DNA from: Octopus sinensis
Lineage: Eukaryota
Assembly (NCBI RefSeq): GCF_006345805.1
Contig: NC_042997.1
Span: 191,518,001 to 191,582,000 of the forward strand
Length of the DNA stretch: 64,000 nucleotides
Direction of reading: 5' to 3'
The position numbers and the translations under genes are program-made. Below the pieces are notes generated by a model that worked only from the letters and a program-made list of their open reading frames with translations, did not search any database and was not told the origin of the DNA. Shown here piece by piece: positions 12,445 through 26,228 of the stretch. Numbering within the stretch: the first letter of the stretch is position 1; every line of letters begins with the position of its first letter.

Positions 12445-15400
12445 CTGAAATAGTAATATTGTAAAACTGTTTAAGCTGCTAGAATTGAGGAAGTTCAAAA
12501 TAAATAGATATCAAGATATGTATGCTTAAGAATGAAGTGTTGGCTCAGTATAGAGTGGTGATAAGAAAAAGAGATGAGCAAGGAATAAATGAATATCTTA
12601 TGCACTTCATTAGCTTACAGTTGTTTCTGCTACAAGACGCAATGGACTCATTGTTGAGTGCCTGAATAACTTGACATCTCTCTTTCTTATTATTGCTCTA
12701 TACTCAGCTAACACTTTGTTCTGAAATAAACGTATATTGAGTTCTACATCAGGTTATTGGTCTCACAATACCTAAGTGAAATATTAAATAAATATCTTTC
12801 ACAACAACTTACTTGAATAATAGTATTTATTAATAATGATAATGAATTCCCAGAGAGACACAAAAAAGCCATGTATTACTGATGAGGGATTAAGCTGATT
12901 AAAGTGACCCATGTAACTGACTGTGCTTATTTTAAGGACCTTCATCAAGGATGAAAATCAAAGTCAATCTTGGTGAGATTTTAACTAAGAATATAAACAC
13001 AAATACTTGTAAGGTAGTCAACTCCAAAATATTGGCTTTGTGTTTTAAAAAGTTTAAAAAGGGTTAAGACCCATTTTGGTCATGAATGACCATGGGATTG
13101 CACCTAGAAAGTTCCCCTCCAAGGCACAAGTCTGGGAAAGGTTGTTTAAGAAGACCAGCAGTTGTCCATGAGAGAGATGGAGAGATGTATATATGTGCAC
13201 ATGCATTTTAGTTTTTGTGAATGCCTCCCCACTGCTTAACAACCAACTTATGTTCCTGTTGTAGCAGTCCAAGCGAAGAGACTGATAAAATAAGTTCCAG
13301 ATTTTTAATTAAAAAAAAGTACTAGTGCCAATTTCTTTGACTAAACACCTCAGCATGACAATAGTCCAATGACTAAACCAAGATAGAAAAATACTGTAAT
13401 GGTGAAACCGCAGTCCATGAGTGGAGGGATTATAGGTAAAATATTACTACTACAATAACTTTGAAACTACTAAACATGATGTCAAAACACGCCACCTCCG
13501 AGCAGTGACTGTAGAATCACTTTGCAATCCAGCTGTAATCCATTAGTCTAAAAGGAACACTGCTGAAGACATTGCTTTCAATTAGTGTGTGACATACAAA
13601 AGTCAGTCAACCAGATCCCAGCTGTTCAAATTATAGACTGAAGCTGAACTCTTAAGCTAGAAGCCATTATAAGCAGCTTCACCCTTTGAATTCCAAACTG
13701 TTCAAAACTGCCTTTAGTTATATGATACAGAATTTTGTGTTTTAAAGAATTCATTAAAACCTCATATCATAATTGTGTAGGAATATCAGTTTAATAACAA
13801 AAGTAATAATTGCTTGAAATGTTAGCACAATACTAGCAATTTTGAAGGGAGGTGAAGTCAATTGCATTGCTCTCAGCACTCAACTGGCACCTTATTTTAC
13901 TGATCCTAAAAGGATGAACAGTAAAGTCACCCTTGATGGCATTTGAACTTGGAACATAAAAGGTGGGCAGAAAGGCCTCTGGGCATTTTCTCACGTGTGA
14001 TAATGATTTAGCCAGCTTCCCACCTTAAGATTAATAATAAACACTCCTCCCAAAATCTTGATTATTTTCAAAATTAACTGAAACACAGAGGCAGTATTAT
14101 TTCTTTCAGTCACAAAAGTGTTTAAACCCCTTAGCATTCACATTACTCTGCCAAAAGCAATGCATATTTATTCACATCATTTTGAATTAATCATGCACTG
14201 TCTCATAGCTTTGAGATTTCAATGATGATGATCATCAGTGTTTAACGTCTGTTTTCCATGCTAGCATGGGTTGGACGGTTCAACCGGGGTCTGAGAAGCC
14301 AGGAGGCTGCACCAGGCTCCAGTCTGATCTGGCAGTGTTTCTATGGTTGGATGCCTTCCTAACACCAACCACTCTGTGAGTGTAGTGGATGCTTTTTACG
14401 TTATACTGGCACAGGGACCAGAGGAGGCTGGCAAATGGCCACGATCGGTTGGTGCTCCCTACGTGTCACCTACACAGGTGCCAGTTAGGCAGCGCTGGCA
14501 TCATCCACATTTGGATGGTGCTTTTTTACGTGCCACCAGCACAAGTGTCATAGCTACAATTTCCATTCGTATTGTAGAAGGTGTGAGAGGCCAGATTTGG
14601 TTTGAACATAAAACAGGTAGAATATTTGGGGCTGGATATGGCCAGCTTCATTGCTAAAGAGTTAATGAAATAAATACAACTAAGAATTAAAAACAAACAG
14701 TAGATATAGGAACATATGAATGTTTTAGCTACTCATTTCCCATTCTCTATAAATAGGAGGCTGCTACAAATCAAATGAGATAACAATATTAATTGCTTTA
14801 CAAACGTTTAGCCTCAACTCATTTAACAGCAATTGTTTTCATGCTTGCTTCAATTTTAATGAGTATTCAAGGCCACTCTTACATTTTTTTTTTCCTCACA
14901 TCTATACCATCCATTTTCCGTAACAATGTTTACCAAATTACAAGCAAGTGAAGCTAAGCGACACAACAATTTTATAGAAACATTTTATATCTACTTTTAC
15001 ATAATACTTAAAGCACAGCAGGCCTCTACCATTTGTTGTTTCATTCTGCCAGCTTCGTTTTCCTTAGTTCCATCAGTTCAGCCCCAACTATTTCCTTCAG
15101 AACTTCCTTTGGTCTATATTTGTTTTAATTATCTCCAGGTACATTTCTTCTAGTAGTAGAAGATGTTTCTCACAATTTTTTAATAGATTTTCCTTTGGGA
15201 ATTCCTTGCATGGACAGCCCCCAACCTCCACTTCCATCAAAAATAAAGCTGGCAGAAACTTAGAGGAACATTAGCAGAAGCATCTAAATACTCTCACCTG
15301 AATTTCAATTCCAACCCAGGTGAGCCACTACAGAAAATAGCACATCCATTCCTTGCTGCTGTTACTTCACAGCTATTTTGTTTTTCTAATATTATACCCT

Positions 15401-16992
15401 TCAGTCTAATATGGATGGGTGGATGTAGGGAGTGACAGGTGACCAACGGTGCCTACTTTAAGGAAAGGTAGAGAGAAGCAGAAGAGAGCAGGGAAGTAAT
15501 GATGATACACCTTACGTAGTTACTCTTTTACTCGTTTCAGTCATTTGACTGCGGCCATGCTGGAGCACCGCCTTTTAGTCGAGCAAATCGACCCCAGGAC
15601 TTATTCTTTGTAAACCTAGTACTTATTCTATCAGTCTCTTTTGCTGAACTGCTAAGTTACGGGTACGTAAACATACCAGCATCGGTTGTCAAGCGATGTT
15701 GTGGGGGCAAACACAGACACACAAACATATACACACACATACATATATATACACAAGAAGCAGAAGAGAACAGGGAAGGTTACAAAAAAAATCAATAAAT
15801 GATCGAAGTACTGCTGTCAAAATTCATTATGTATTTTATCTTCTAGCTTTTACTTGTTTCAGACATCAGACTGCGACCATGCTGGGGCACTGCCTTGAAT
15901 TTTTAGCCAAATGAGTCAAACCCAGTACTTATTCTATTGACTTCTTTTGCTGAACCACTAAAGTACAGGCACATAAACGCACCAACACCAGTTGCCAAGT
16001 GCTGGGGAGTTGGGTGCAAAACACAGACATAAAGAGACACACATGTGTTTACATACATGCACAACAGATTTCATTCAGCTTCCCTCTACCAAATTCACTC
16101 ACAAAGCTTTTGTTGGTCTGAGGCTATAACAGAAGACACTTGCCCAAAGTGCCATGCAGTGGGACTGAACCAAGAACCACACAGCCACACCTGTGCCTAT
16201 GTATGCCTGCTGATTTAGAATGCTCTCAAACTTTTTTTCTTTAAACGATACTCATTGTTTCAAGAATTAACCAAAAATAATAATAATAATTTTTTCCAAG
16301 GTAAAAAGAAAAATATCAACTAGGCGCAGGAGTGGCTGTGTGGTAAGTAGTTTTTTATGTGGCACCAGCACCAACAGGGTCACCAAGTACACCCTTGAGA
16401 GACATGGGGTGATGGTGAGAACAGATGAGTAATATAGAAGCTTGGGCTGGGTGAATGGACAGGATGAGGTGTCTCACCCTCTCTTCTAAATGTGAGTAAC
16501 CTATATAACAATAACCAGTTACATTTCTAGTAGTAGATGTTTCTCATAATTTTCTAATAGATTTACCTTTGGGAATTCCTTGCATAGACAGCCTCACCAC
16601 CACCTCCATCAAAAACAAAGCTGGCAGAAACTCAGAGGAACATTAGCAGAAGCACCTAAATACTCTCACCTGAATTTTAATTCCAGCCCAGGTTCCTATA
16701 TAACAAGAACCTGCTCTGCCCCTACTTCTCATACTCTAACCCTTCATCTCCCATCACTTTGGGTTACAAGCTGCATGGCAACTTTACTAGTGCTGGTGAC
16801 ATAAAAAAAAAAGTTGTTTCTATAACTGGATACCTTTCCTAAAAGCAACCACTTGGATACTTTTTATCTTCCACTGGCACAAACCAGATCATCATGCAGC
16901 TTATAAGTCTACAAAACCTCAAATGCCAACAACTTTATGCTGTGAGGTGAGGATTAAAGTATGAGAAGTGGGTGCAGCAAAGAAGGCATATA

Positions 16993-17472
16993 CCATAAAT
17001 CCTCAAGTATAATCCGCACATTTTTCCCAAAATGTAAAGGTCAAAATCCCTAATGCGTACTATATACAAGGTTAAAAATGAAAATTATTTTCTAAGCAAT
17101 GTCTGAGTCTCTATTTGCTGTCCGGCAATGTTTATTCAGATGCATTTTGTGATGTCGGGCGCAAAAATAACTTAAATCATCCATAACTTGCAGTAAGCAA
17201 CATTTATTAAACGTTATTACTGTTATTTCTGTATTTTCTGCAAACAAAATGCACAAAAAGGCTACACGTTTGCATTACGTTATATATACAATAATAATAA
17301 AGGACGTTACCATATACATTTTTACAAAGCAAGGACGTTATATAGCCCTCCTTGACTCAAGTTAGAGAAGGGGTGCGTATTATACACAAGGTTTAGGTTT
17401 TTCAGAGGTACAACCCCCTAAAAATCCCCTGCGTATTATACTCAAGGGCGGACTATACTTGAGGATTTACGG
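16993..17472. mobile_element. Same MITE family, inverted relative to 9252-9771
   Basis: TA|ccataaatcctcaagtata ... tatacttgaggatttacgg|TA; internal sequence is the reverse complement of the 9252 copy. Confidence 0.88.
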
Positions 17473-17914
17473 TACTAACAACTAAGCTAATTTTAAAAAA
17501 CAATAATGCCTTATATACACTATATACAATGCATACTCACATATACAGCTTTATATCTGTTTTACAATTGAATGTGGAATAGATGATGCATGATCATCCT
17601 TCACATATTCTTCTGTATATTCAAAGCCCAGTCAATCAGATTTAGCCACTTCCATAGCAAACTTTGTTCCGTTTGCCATGGCTACTATCAGAATTCTTTT
17701 CAAATAGAGAAATGCTAATGGCTGAATGTTTCAATAAACACAATGGGGGAATATCAACAAAACCAGAACATTCATATCCATCATATTCAAATTTTCTCAA
17801 CATTTCTACCATTTTTGTTCAGTAATAATAATAATGTTAATTTACTGAGTGAGAGAGAGAGAGATAGACAGACAGACAGACAGACAATAACTATATAACC
17901 AAAATTTGAGTTAC

Positions 17915-18018
17915 CTTTTCTCTGCTTCTAATTTATCCATCCGTTTCCACAGCCTGTTCACAAGTGATTCTTGTTCCTGTTCAAGAGCATTTTCCAATTC
18001 GACTTTTTCTCGGCGCAA
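17915..18018 (-). CDS. CCDC6: CCDC6 coding exon (exon 4 equivalent), 104 bp
   Basis: [34 protein letters not shown]+AG. Acceptor ttcttttag|, donor |gtaact; phase 0/2. Confidence 0.95.
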
Positions 18019-18361
18019 CTAAAAGAATAAGAAATTAGAAGAGTTGATCAGCAAGCATCTTGTGGGGAGGGGGGGGGGAATTATGTTTAGAAATGGCTGA
18101 GAGGTAAAAGAGCTTTACAGCTGACCACATGGTCATAGATTAATATCTAATTGCATTAAGATGTTAATCTGTTAACTAGGCACATAACATTGAAAGCTCC
18201 AGTTTATCAACAGTAAAGAGGGGCATCCAATTGTTAAAACAAAAGACTCCCTCACTTCTGCTGCACAATATTTTCACTTTTTTTTTTTATTTTGACATGT
18301 TAGGAGGGAAAAAATGTTAGGCATATTTCAATGTTATTCTGACTTCATTGGTGATACATAG

Positions 18362-18891
18362 TTGTCACTATTTCCTGAAGAAGTGAAGAAAAAGGTCTCC
18401 AAATTATCTACAAGGTTGTATATTGTTGTTATTTAATACTAGAGTCATCAGTCCTAGTACTGATGTAGCAGACCTACGATTGAAGCTCTTCCAACCATGA
18501 TGATCTAACCATTTGGTATGTGAGGACTACTATGTCTTATGCATCTTTTTATTAACACTGGGTGATACGTTGAAAAAAAACTTAGCTGTTATTTCTAGCT
18601 AATCATGCAACCATGTAGTGACCCCCTTGTCACTATTTACTGAAGTGATGAAAAATGTCTCCAAACTATCTACAAGGCTGTACATTGTTGTTATTTAATA
18701 CTAGGGTCATCAGTCCTAGTACTGATGTAGCAGATCTACAATTGAAGTTCTTCCAACCATGACAATCTAACTATTTGGTATATGAGGACTACCATGTCTT
18801 ATGTATCCTTTTATTAACACTGGGTGATACTTTGAAGAAAATTCAGCTGTTATTTCTAGCTAATCATGCAACAATGTAGTGACTCCCTTGT
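18362..18891. repeat. About 265-bp tandem duplication
   Basis: ttgtcactattt... recurs at 18362 and 18627; collinear with scattered substitutions. Confidence 0.9.
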
Positions 18892-19386
18892 TAGCATAGA
18901 AAACAGATGATAAATAGTTAAGCTGTTAGCATATTTATTTCGACAACATGATGAAGATTGACCAAAATATAGAATATCAGATAGTGACTAATATGACTGT
19001 GTTTCCCCACTTCCCTCTCACCCCATAATTATTTCCAATTCACTTTTAATGCCTCTTCCAATATGTATCAACCTAACTTTACTGCTGTTCACGTAGATGG
19101 CATCTCTGAATTATTTATTCATTAAGTAGACTTGCATTTAATAGGGAGAAGAAAACTGATGCTTAGACGGTCATTTGAACAGCAGATTTTCAGTCTCTCT
19201 ACAAAAAAATATATTATTCAAAGCCGACAGAGTATAAGTTAACAGACAAGGAGCAGCTTAATGCATCACTTCCACAATAACCAACCAGCATCCAGCACAA
19301 CACAATCAAAGTTTAATCTGTTGATGAGTTCAAACAGAGCACTGAGTCAAATCATACTGGATAAAGGGTAATATCCAAAGGTAATA

Positions 19387-19952
19387 TTGGGTTGTCCGGA
19401 AAGTTCGTGCCGATTTTTAAAGGAAAGAAAAAGGTCAATAAATACTTGCCATTACATTTTTAATCAACCAAATATGAACCATTTTGTTGCACAATGCATC
19501 TCCATCTTTCCTTTAACTTGAAAATACCCTCTTCCCAGAATTGAGGGGGTTTCATGGCAAAGAATTCATCAAGGTATCTTTTTACGTCATCCAAGGAATT
19601 GAAATTTTTACCATTAAGACTATTCTGCAGCGACCTGAATTAGTGGAAATCCGAAGGAGCAATATCTGGTGAATATGGAGGGTGGGGTAACACATCCCAG
19701 CCGAGCTGCAGCAATTTTTGTCTAGTTCCCAAAGCATCAAGTGCCGAAAATGAACTTTCTTATCTTCCATTTTAAAGGGATACAGAATTAACACAGGTTA
19801 TAGGAACATAAACCTTCTTCCACGAAAAGATAGCTTAAACTCTGCTCTAAATGGAGTTGTAGTCAAATCCTATTTTATGGACTCAACCATGTTCGAAAAT
19901 AAGTCGAAAGGTAAGCTACTATAAATCGGCATGAACTTTCCAGACGACCCAA
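19387..19952 (-). mobile_element. Internally deleted mariner transposon
   Basis: TIRs ttgggttgtccggaaagttcgtgccgattt / aaatcggcatgaactttccagacgacccaa and TA TSD. Minus-strand LGWDVLPHPPYSPDIAPSDFH*FRSLQN and N-terminal MEDKKVHFRHLMLWE. Confidence 0.92.
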
Positions 19953-20428
19953 TATTTTCAAACATTTTTTTCAAAGAAGAATGGAAACAAACATCACTTA
20001 CAATGAAAGTGATGGACATTTACAACCAACACAAGATATCAAGACAAGGGAATTCACAAACATACACACACATACATACACACAAAAAGCTTCTTTCAAC
20101 TTTCACCTGTGAAATCTACTCACAAGGCTTTGGTTGACTAGGGGCCATAGTAGAAGACACTTGCCTAAGGAGCTGCACAACGAGACTGAACTTGAGAACA
20201 CGATTCAAGAGTAAACTTCTCAATTATACAGCCATACCTGCACCTATGTATAAGTGTATGTGCATGCGTGTGTGTGTGTGTGTATATAGGCATGTTTGTG
20301 TGTGTGTCTCACTTCTTGACAACAAGTGTTTGGTTTGTTTACATCCCTATAACTTAACAATTTGGTTAAATGAGAGTTATGGAATAAATAACAGACTTAC
20401 AAATAAGCACTAAGATTGAGATGGATAA

Positions 20429-20460
<32 letters not shown>

Positions 20461-20464
20461 GAGA

Positions 20465-20785
20465 TACCAGTGCCGGTGGCATGTAAGAGAACCGTCCAAA
20501 CGTGGCCGTTGCCAGCGCCGCCCCGACTGGCCTCCACACCGGTGGCACGTAAAAAGCACCATCCAATCGTGGCCGTTTGCCAGCCTCGCCTGGCACCTGT
20601 GCAGGTGGCACATAAAAAGCACCCACTACACTCTCGGAGTGGTTGGCGTTAGGAAGGGCATCCAGCTGTAGAAACACTGCCAGATCAGACTGGGCCTGGA
20701 GCAGCCTCCTGACTTCCCAGACCCCAGTTGAACCTTCTGACCCATGCTAGCATGGAAAACGGACATTAAACGATGATGATGATGA

Positions 20786-20789
<4 letters not shown>
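20465..20789 (+). mobile_element. Short RTE 3'-end copy (truncated LINE or RTE-tailed SINE)
   Basis: Matches 46480-46759, ending ggacattaaac(gat)n. Others at about 4156-4500(-), 4710-5145(-), 7900-8178(+), 14230-14570(-), 35600-35980(-) and 52363-52746(+). Confidence 0.88.
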
Positions 20790-20840
<51 letters not shown>

Positions 20841-21056
20841 CATCATCATTTAACATCTGTCTTCCATGCTGGTATAGGTTGGACAGTTTGCCAGGAGTTG
20901 GTAAGCCAGAAGACTGTACCTAGCTTGACTGTTTTGTTTTGGTATGGTTTTCATGGCTGGCTGCCCTTCCTAATGCCAACCACTTTACAGAGTGGACTGG
21001 ATGTTTTTCTTGTGGCACCAACACTGGCAATGTTTTATACGCACACACTTGGATGG

Positions 21057-21120
<64 letters not shown>

Positions 21121-23108
21121 ATATAAATTGGACATGGGCGATAGTTGTATTCTTTCTTGTCTTGAGGTTCACAGTGAAATGGCTGGGTGGATTCGTGTGA
21201 AAAATGGCAGAGATGTGGAGACGGGTCCATAGATTGGAATGCTGTTTGTATTTTTTCCTAGCCCCCATAGTTACCGAGAAAATCGATTAAAAATTTTTCT
21301 AATGGAATTCCCCTGTTTCTTTCACCATTTAAATAATCAGCTACTCACACAGCCGGCATATACCATTTCACTAGAAACAAGGGGAGTACAGGATGACAGT
21401 CAGCCAAAACTTTCGCTATGCTGTCTCTCTTCTTTCACCTCTTTGTGGGGTTAATAATCTTAATCTTTAGTTACAGTTTCTCATTCAAACTACATAATAG
21501 GCAGAATTGTCGGATTAAGACAGTAGGGTGTTTTGAGGGAGATTTGGCTGTTATTTCTATCAGGTCAAGCTACTATGTAGAGGTCTGAACTTAATTTTCA
21601 TTCACATATTTGCATTTCAAATATTTCCCATATTCTTTTCTATGAATCAACTATTGTAACTCTATCTCTCTTTCTCACATACACACGCACAAGCATGCAC
21701 ACACACACAAGCATGCACACACACATACACACGTCCATCTCATATATCTTCTTTCAATTTCTGCTCTCTGCAAATAAAATTCTTTATGGATACAACTGCT
21801 TCCATGCAGCATGGAAAACGGACATTAAACAATGATGATGAGTATATATATATATATATATATATCAAAGGAATATATGCACTCACTGTATGACAACTTT
21901 TACCATTTAAGTTTTATTATGGAATACTGAAACATATCGAACAGGTGCCCCAACATGTTCACAGTTCAATGACTGAAACTAGTAAAAAAGTAAGATAGCT
22001 TTGGGAATCAGTAAAAACTACATATATATCTATATACATTTTCCTAAGCGATTCTTTGAAGCCTACAAAAACTATCCACCTTCAGTGTGCTGTGTTTATC
22101 AGAGAAGGTGTTTACTGGTAAACAACACTAACATTACAGGATAGAGAGAGAAGATTGGATATCTAAACCTGATAATAAGCAGTTGTCAACTCATAGATAA
22201 ATTTTTACTATCAGTGTAAATTTTTAGTATAGATGTATTCCATTAACTTCATTTTTGTAATATTTCAAACACAGATTTATAACTATCTTTGGCATTTTGC
22301 AATGTTAAAAATGAACAGGTGGGAAACATAATATTGAGAACTGAGATTAAATATCTAATTCTCTGATATCTCAAAGTAAACAAGTTTTTATGCAAACTGT
22401 AATTACCTACATTATTTAAATTACAACAGAAAATGCTCTCAAAAAGTGGAATTTTTTTTTAAATTAGGAAAGAAACCTTATGTAAGATTTCTTCCATAAT
22501 TAAGGGAAAGGGAACTAAAAAAATTTTATCATATTCTTAGTGAAGTCATTCTGATAATTATCACCATCATTTAACATCCATTTGACAAGAGCTGGTCAGC
22601 CAGAGAGTTGCCCAGGATGCCCTTCCTAATGCCAATAACTTTACAGGGTGACTGGGTAGCTTTTACATGGCACAGGTGCCATTTTATGTGGCACCAATAT
22701 AGGTGCTTTTTACATGGCATTGACACGAGTGTATTTTACATGGCTTCAGCACAGGTGCTTAAATAGGGAGGAAACCTTAAATAAGACCTCTTCCCTAATT
22801 AAGGGGAAATTAGCTCAAAAAATTTTGTCATATGCTTGGTGAAGCTGTACTAATAACAATTTTTAATATAGACATAGGGCCACAAACTTGGGAGGCGTGG
22901 TTTGCTGATTAAATCAATCGCAATACTTGACTAGTATGTTATCTTACTGACCCCTGGAAAGATGAAGGGCAAAGTTTACCACAATGGGATTTGAACTAAG
23001 AAAATGAAGAGCCAGAACAAACCCTAGGCAGTATTTTAACACTAACAGCTTTGCCAATTTGGGATTATGGTGGAAACAAGTAAAGAAAGAAAAAGGAGAT
23101 GCATTTAT

Positions 23109-23544
23109 TTAACCCTTTAGCATATCTGGCCCAAATATTCTATCTGTTTTTCCTTCAAACTGGCTAGATCTGGCTTCTCACACCAACCCTACAGTGTCAT
23201 TCTAAAAGTAAACACCACATTGAAATTTTGAAGTTATGAGATAATTCGCGATAGATTCAAAGCATTTTGAATAAATAAACATTACATTTGTCAGGCTAAT
23301 CTGAACACTAAAGGGGTTAACCCTTTAACATTTAAACCAACCATATCCCACCCAAATAGTCTACATGTTTTGTGTTCAAACCAGCCAGATCTGACATCTC
23401 ACACCTACCCTTCAATGTCATTGTAAAAATATACAATCGCATCATTGAAATCTTGAAGCTACAAGATATTGCATGCATAATTCAAAACAATGTGAATAAA
23501 TAAGCATCACATTTGACAAAGAAATTTGAATGCTAAAGGCTTAA
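23109..23544 (+). mobile_element. Two head-to-tail TTAA (piggyBac-like) MITEs sharing one TTAA
   Basis: TTAA ccctttag...ctaaagggg TTAA cccttta...ctaaaggc TTAA at 23109, 23317 and 23541. Confidence 0.8.
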
Positions 23545-26099
23545 ATCATTGATATAATTCTATAGATCTTCCAGTTCCACCTGTGGTATCATACTTTTGG
23601 AGTGTTTCTATCCAATAATGATAATGTAGTTTACCAGTTAAAGCAGTGAGCTGGCACAATGTTGTTAGCATGTTGAACAAAATGCCTAGCAGCATTTCTT
23701 CAGGCTCTTTTTACAACCTGAGTTCAAATCCTGCTGAGGCCAATTTTTCCCTTTTATCTTATCGGGGCTGATAAAATGAAATACCACTTTAGTAACTGAC
23801 TTGTTCCCTATGATAAACAAAATATAGTGAAGGTAGAATATATAGGCGGATAAATATAATCTTCTTGATTCCAAAGACTACAAGGAATTGATTCACGTTT
23901 CTTGTGGCCTTAAAATTTAATTTGAATACATTTTCCTCCCCTCTGTTCACTGTATTGGACATTGTATTCTATTTCTGTCCATAGGGGCAGGCATGGCTGT
24001 GGGGTTAAGGAGCTCACTTTATAACCATGAGGTATTGGGTTCAGTCTCATGGCATAGTACCCAGGAGTAAGTCTTTTACTATAGCCCTGAGCCAACCAAT
24101 TCCTTGTGAGTAGATTCAGTAAATGGAAACTGAGAGGAAGCCCATTGTGTGTGTGCTTTGACCTCCCCATAACTGCTTGATAATTTGTATTGGTTTGGTA
24201 AATGAGATCAGTAGAATAGGTAGACTTAAAAATATGTACTGGGGTTGATTTGTTCAGCTAAACCCTTCCAAATAGTGCTCCAACATGGCCACAGTCCAAT
24301 GACTGAAATAATTGTGAGTGTGTGTTTTAACAACTATTTACTCAATGGAAAATTCTAGAAAAACAAGTACTTGAGTATTCGTATCTCTGTCTTTTATCTT
24401 TGTCTTTTACTTGTTTCAATGAATGGCTGAGGCCACGCTGGGGCACCACCATGAATGGTTTTAGTTGAACAATCAACACCCTGAATTTTCCTTTTTTTTC
24501 TTTAGTTTGCTGGTTGTTTCACCAGAACTCTTTTGCCAAACTGCTATGTAACAGGGATGTACACAAACCAACACCAGGTGTCTAGCAGTGGCAGGAGACA
24601 ACACCAACATAAACACACACACACACAATAGGCTTCTTTCAGTCTCTGCCTACCAAATACACTCACAAGGCTTTGGTCAGTTCAAAGCTATAGTAGAAGA
24701 CACTTGTCCAAGGTCCCGCATAGCGGGACTGAACCCTGTACCATACGGTTGGGAAACAAGCATCATGCCATACAACCACGCCAGTGCCTTCAATCATGTG
24801 ACAAAGATAAATTTAATGTGTCTTAATACCAGTTCTCGTTGACATGTAGTGGAAGCTGAGTATACTCATTAATTACTTAACAAGTAAACTATTTTTGTGG
24901 GTAGCACTACAGATTCTTTACATTCTACCACCTGGCACATCTTAATTATTGTTTAATCATTTTTATATTTAACATAAGGTTTCTTATTTCTTTACTGCCC
25001 ACAAGGGGCTACACATAGAGGGGACAAACAAAAACAGACAAACGGATTAAGTCAATTATATCAATCCCAGTGCGTAACTGGTACTTATTTAATCGACCCC
25101 AAAAGGATGAAAGGCAAAGTCGACCTCGGCGGAATTTGAACTCAGAACGTAGAGGCAGACGAAATACCGCTAAGCATTCGCCCGGCGTACTAACGTTTCT
25201 GCCAGCTCGCCACCTTAACATAAGGTTTCTATCCTACAATAAACAGACATTTTCAAGTATGAGAATATTTGGGCTTATATAAAACCCCTCTGTCTGTGTG
25301 TCTGCCTGTCTCTCCTTTAGGCACTGAGTTTGAACAAATATACTTTTGGTGGGTGGGGGGGATTAAGTTTGGGTTCACAGATTGTTACAATGAAGCAGCT
25401 TTCTAACCTGCTGGGTAGTTCTGACAAGAGGTAGAGCAAGATAGGCTATAATAAAAAATATGAAAACTCTATAAGCAGAATTAGTAACCTGAATATTATA
25501 TGCTTCAACAAAAGTTTTACTGATCATAATTCCATACAACTGGCATATATTTCATAACATTTTAATACCAATCTGTCCAAGACTGCCTCTCATTCTTTGA
25601 TATAATTATAAGTCTTTTTCTGTTTTAAAAAAAAGCCTTTCCTTTTAAGTTAGGTTTAAAAGATTTATATTGAGAAAGTGGATTATTTTACTAAATTCTC
25701 GTTCTTGATTATTTTCAAAATTAATTGAAAAAAACTGTATCTATTTTTTTTTGTTTTTGTTTTTAAAGAAATGTGGTAATGAAAGAAAAGGGATAAAGAA
25801 TTCGAAATGTTGGATGTCAAAACGACTTTTTATAAACATTAAACAACATAATATAAACATTTATACAAATAATCAGCAGTTTTAAACATAAAAACAAACA
25901 GTTCGCCATACCTTAATTATGAAGTTTACCAAGTAAGTTGCTTCGTTACTACACTTATAACAACAACAACAACAACCCAGTTGGTAGGCTTAAAGTTCAC
26001 TTTACAATCCTCCTATCAAAAAAAGTCTGAGCTACTTAGGCCTGGAGTTTATCAATAAACAACCTAGAAACTGGCCATGTAAAGATAATAAACACTTAC

Positions 26100-26228
26100 C
26101 TGCTCTAGTGTAGCTTGTTTAGCTAAAGTGTCAGCTTCTAATTTTTCAATTTTTCTCATTAATTTATTTACTTGATACTCCTGCTCCTTCTCCAGAGTCT
26201 GTTCCAATTCAACTTTTTCTTGACGTAA
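26100..26228 (-). CDS. CCDC6: CCDC6 coding exon (exon 3 equivalent), 129 bp
   Basis: [43 protein letters not shown]. Acceptor ttctccctcag|, donor |gtaagt; phase 0/0. Not in the ORF track, read manually. Confidence 0.95.

Noticed and set aside
20626-21268. ORFs rich in YI/IY/CV/TH repeats (also near 29170, 41317, 54410 and 58953)
   Set aside because: They are translations of (TA)n, (TG)n, (CA)n and GA-rich microsatellites.
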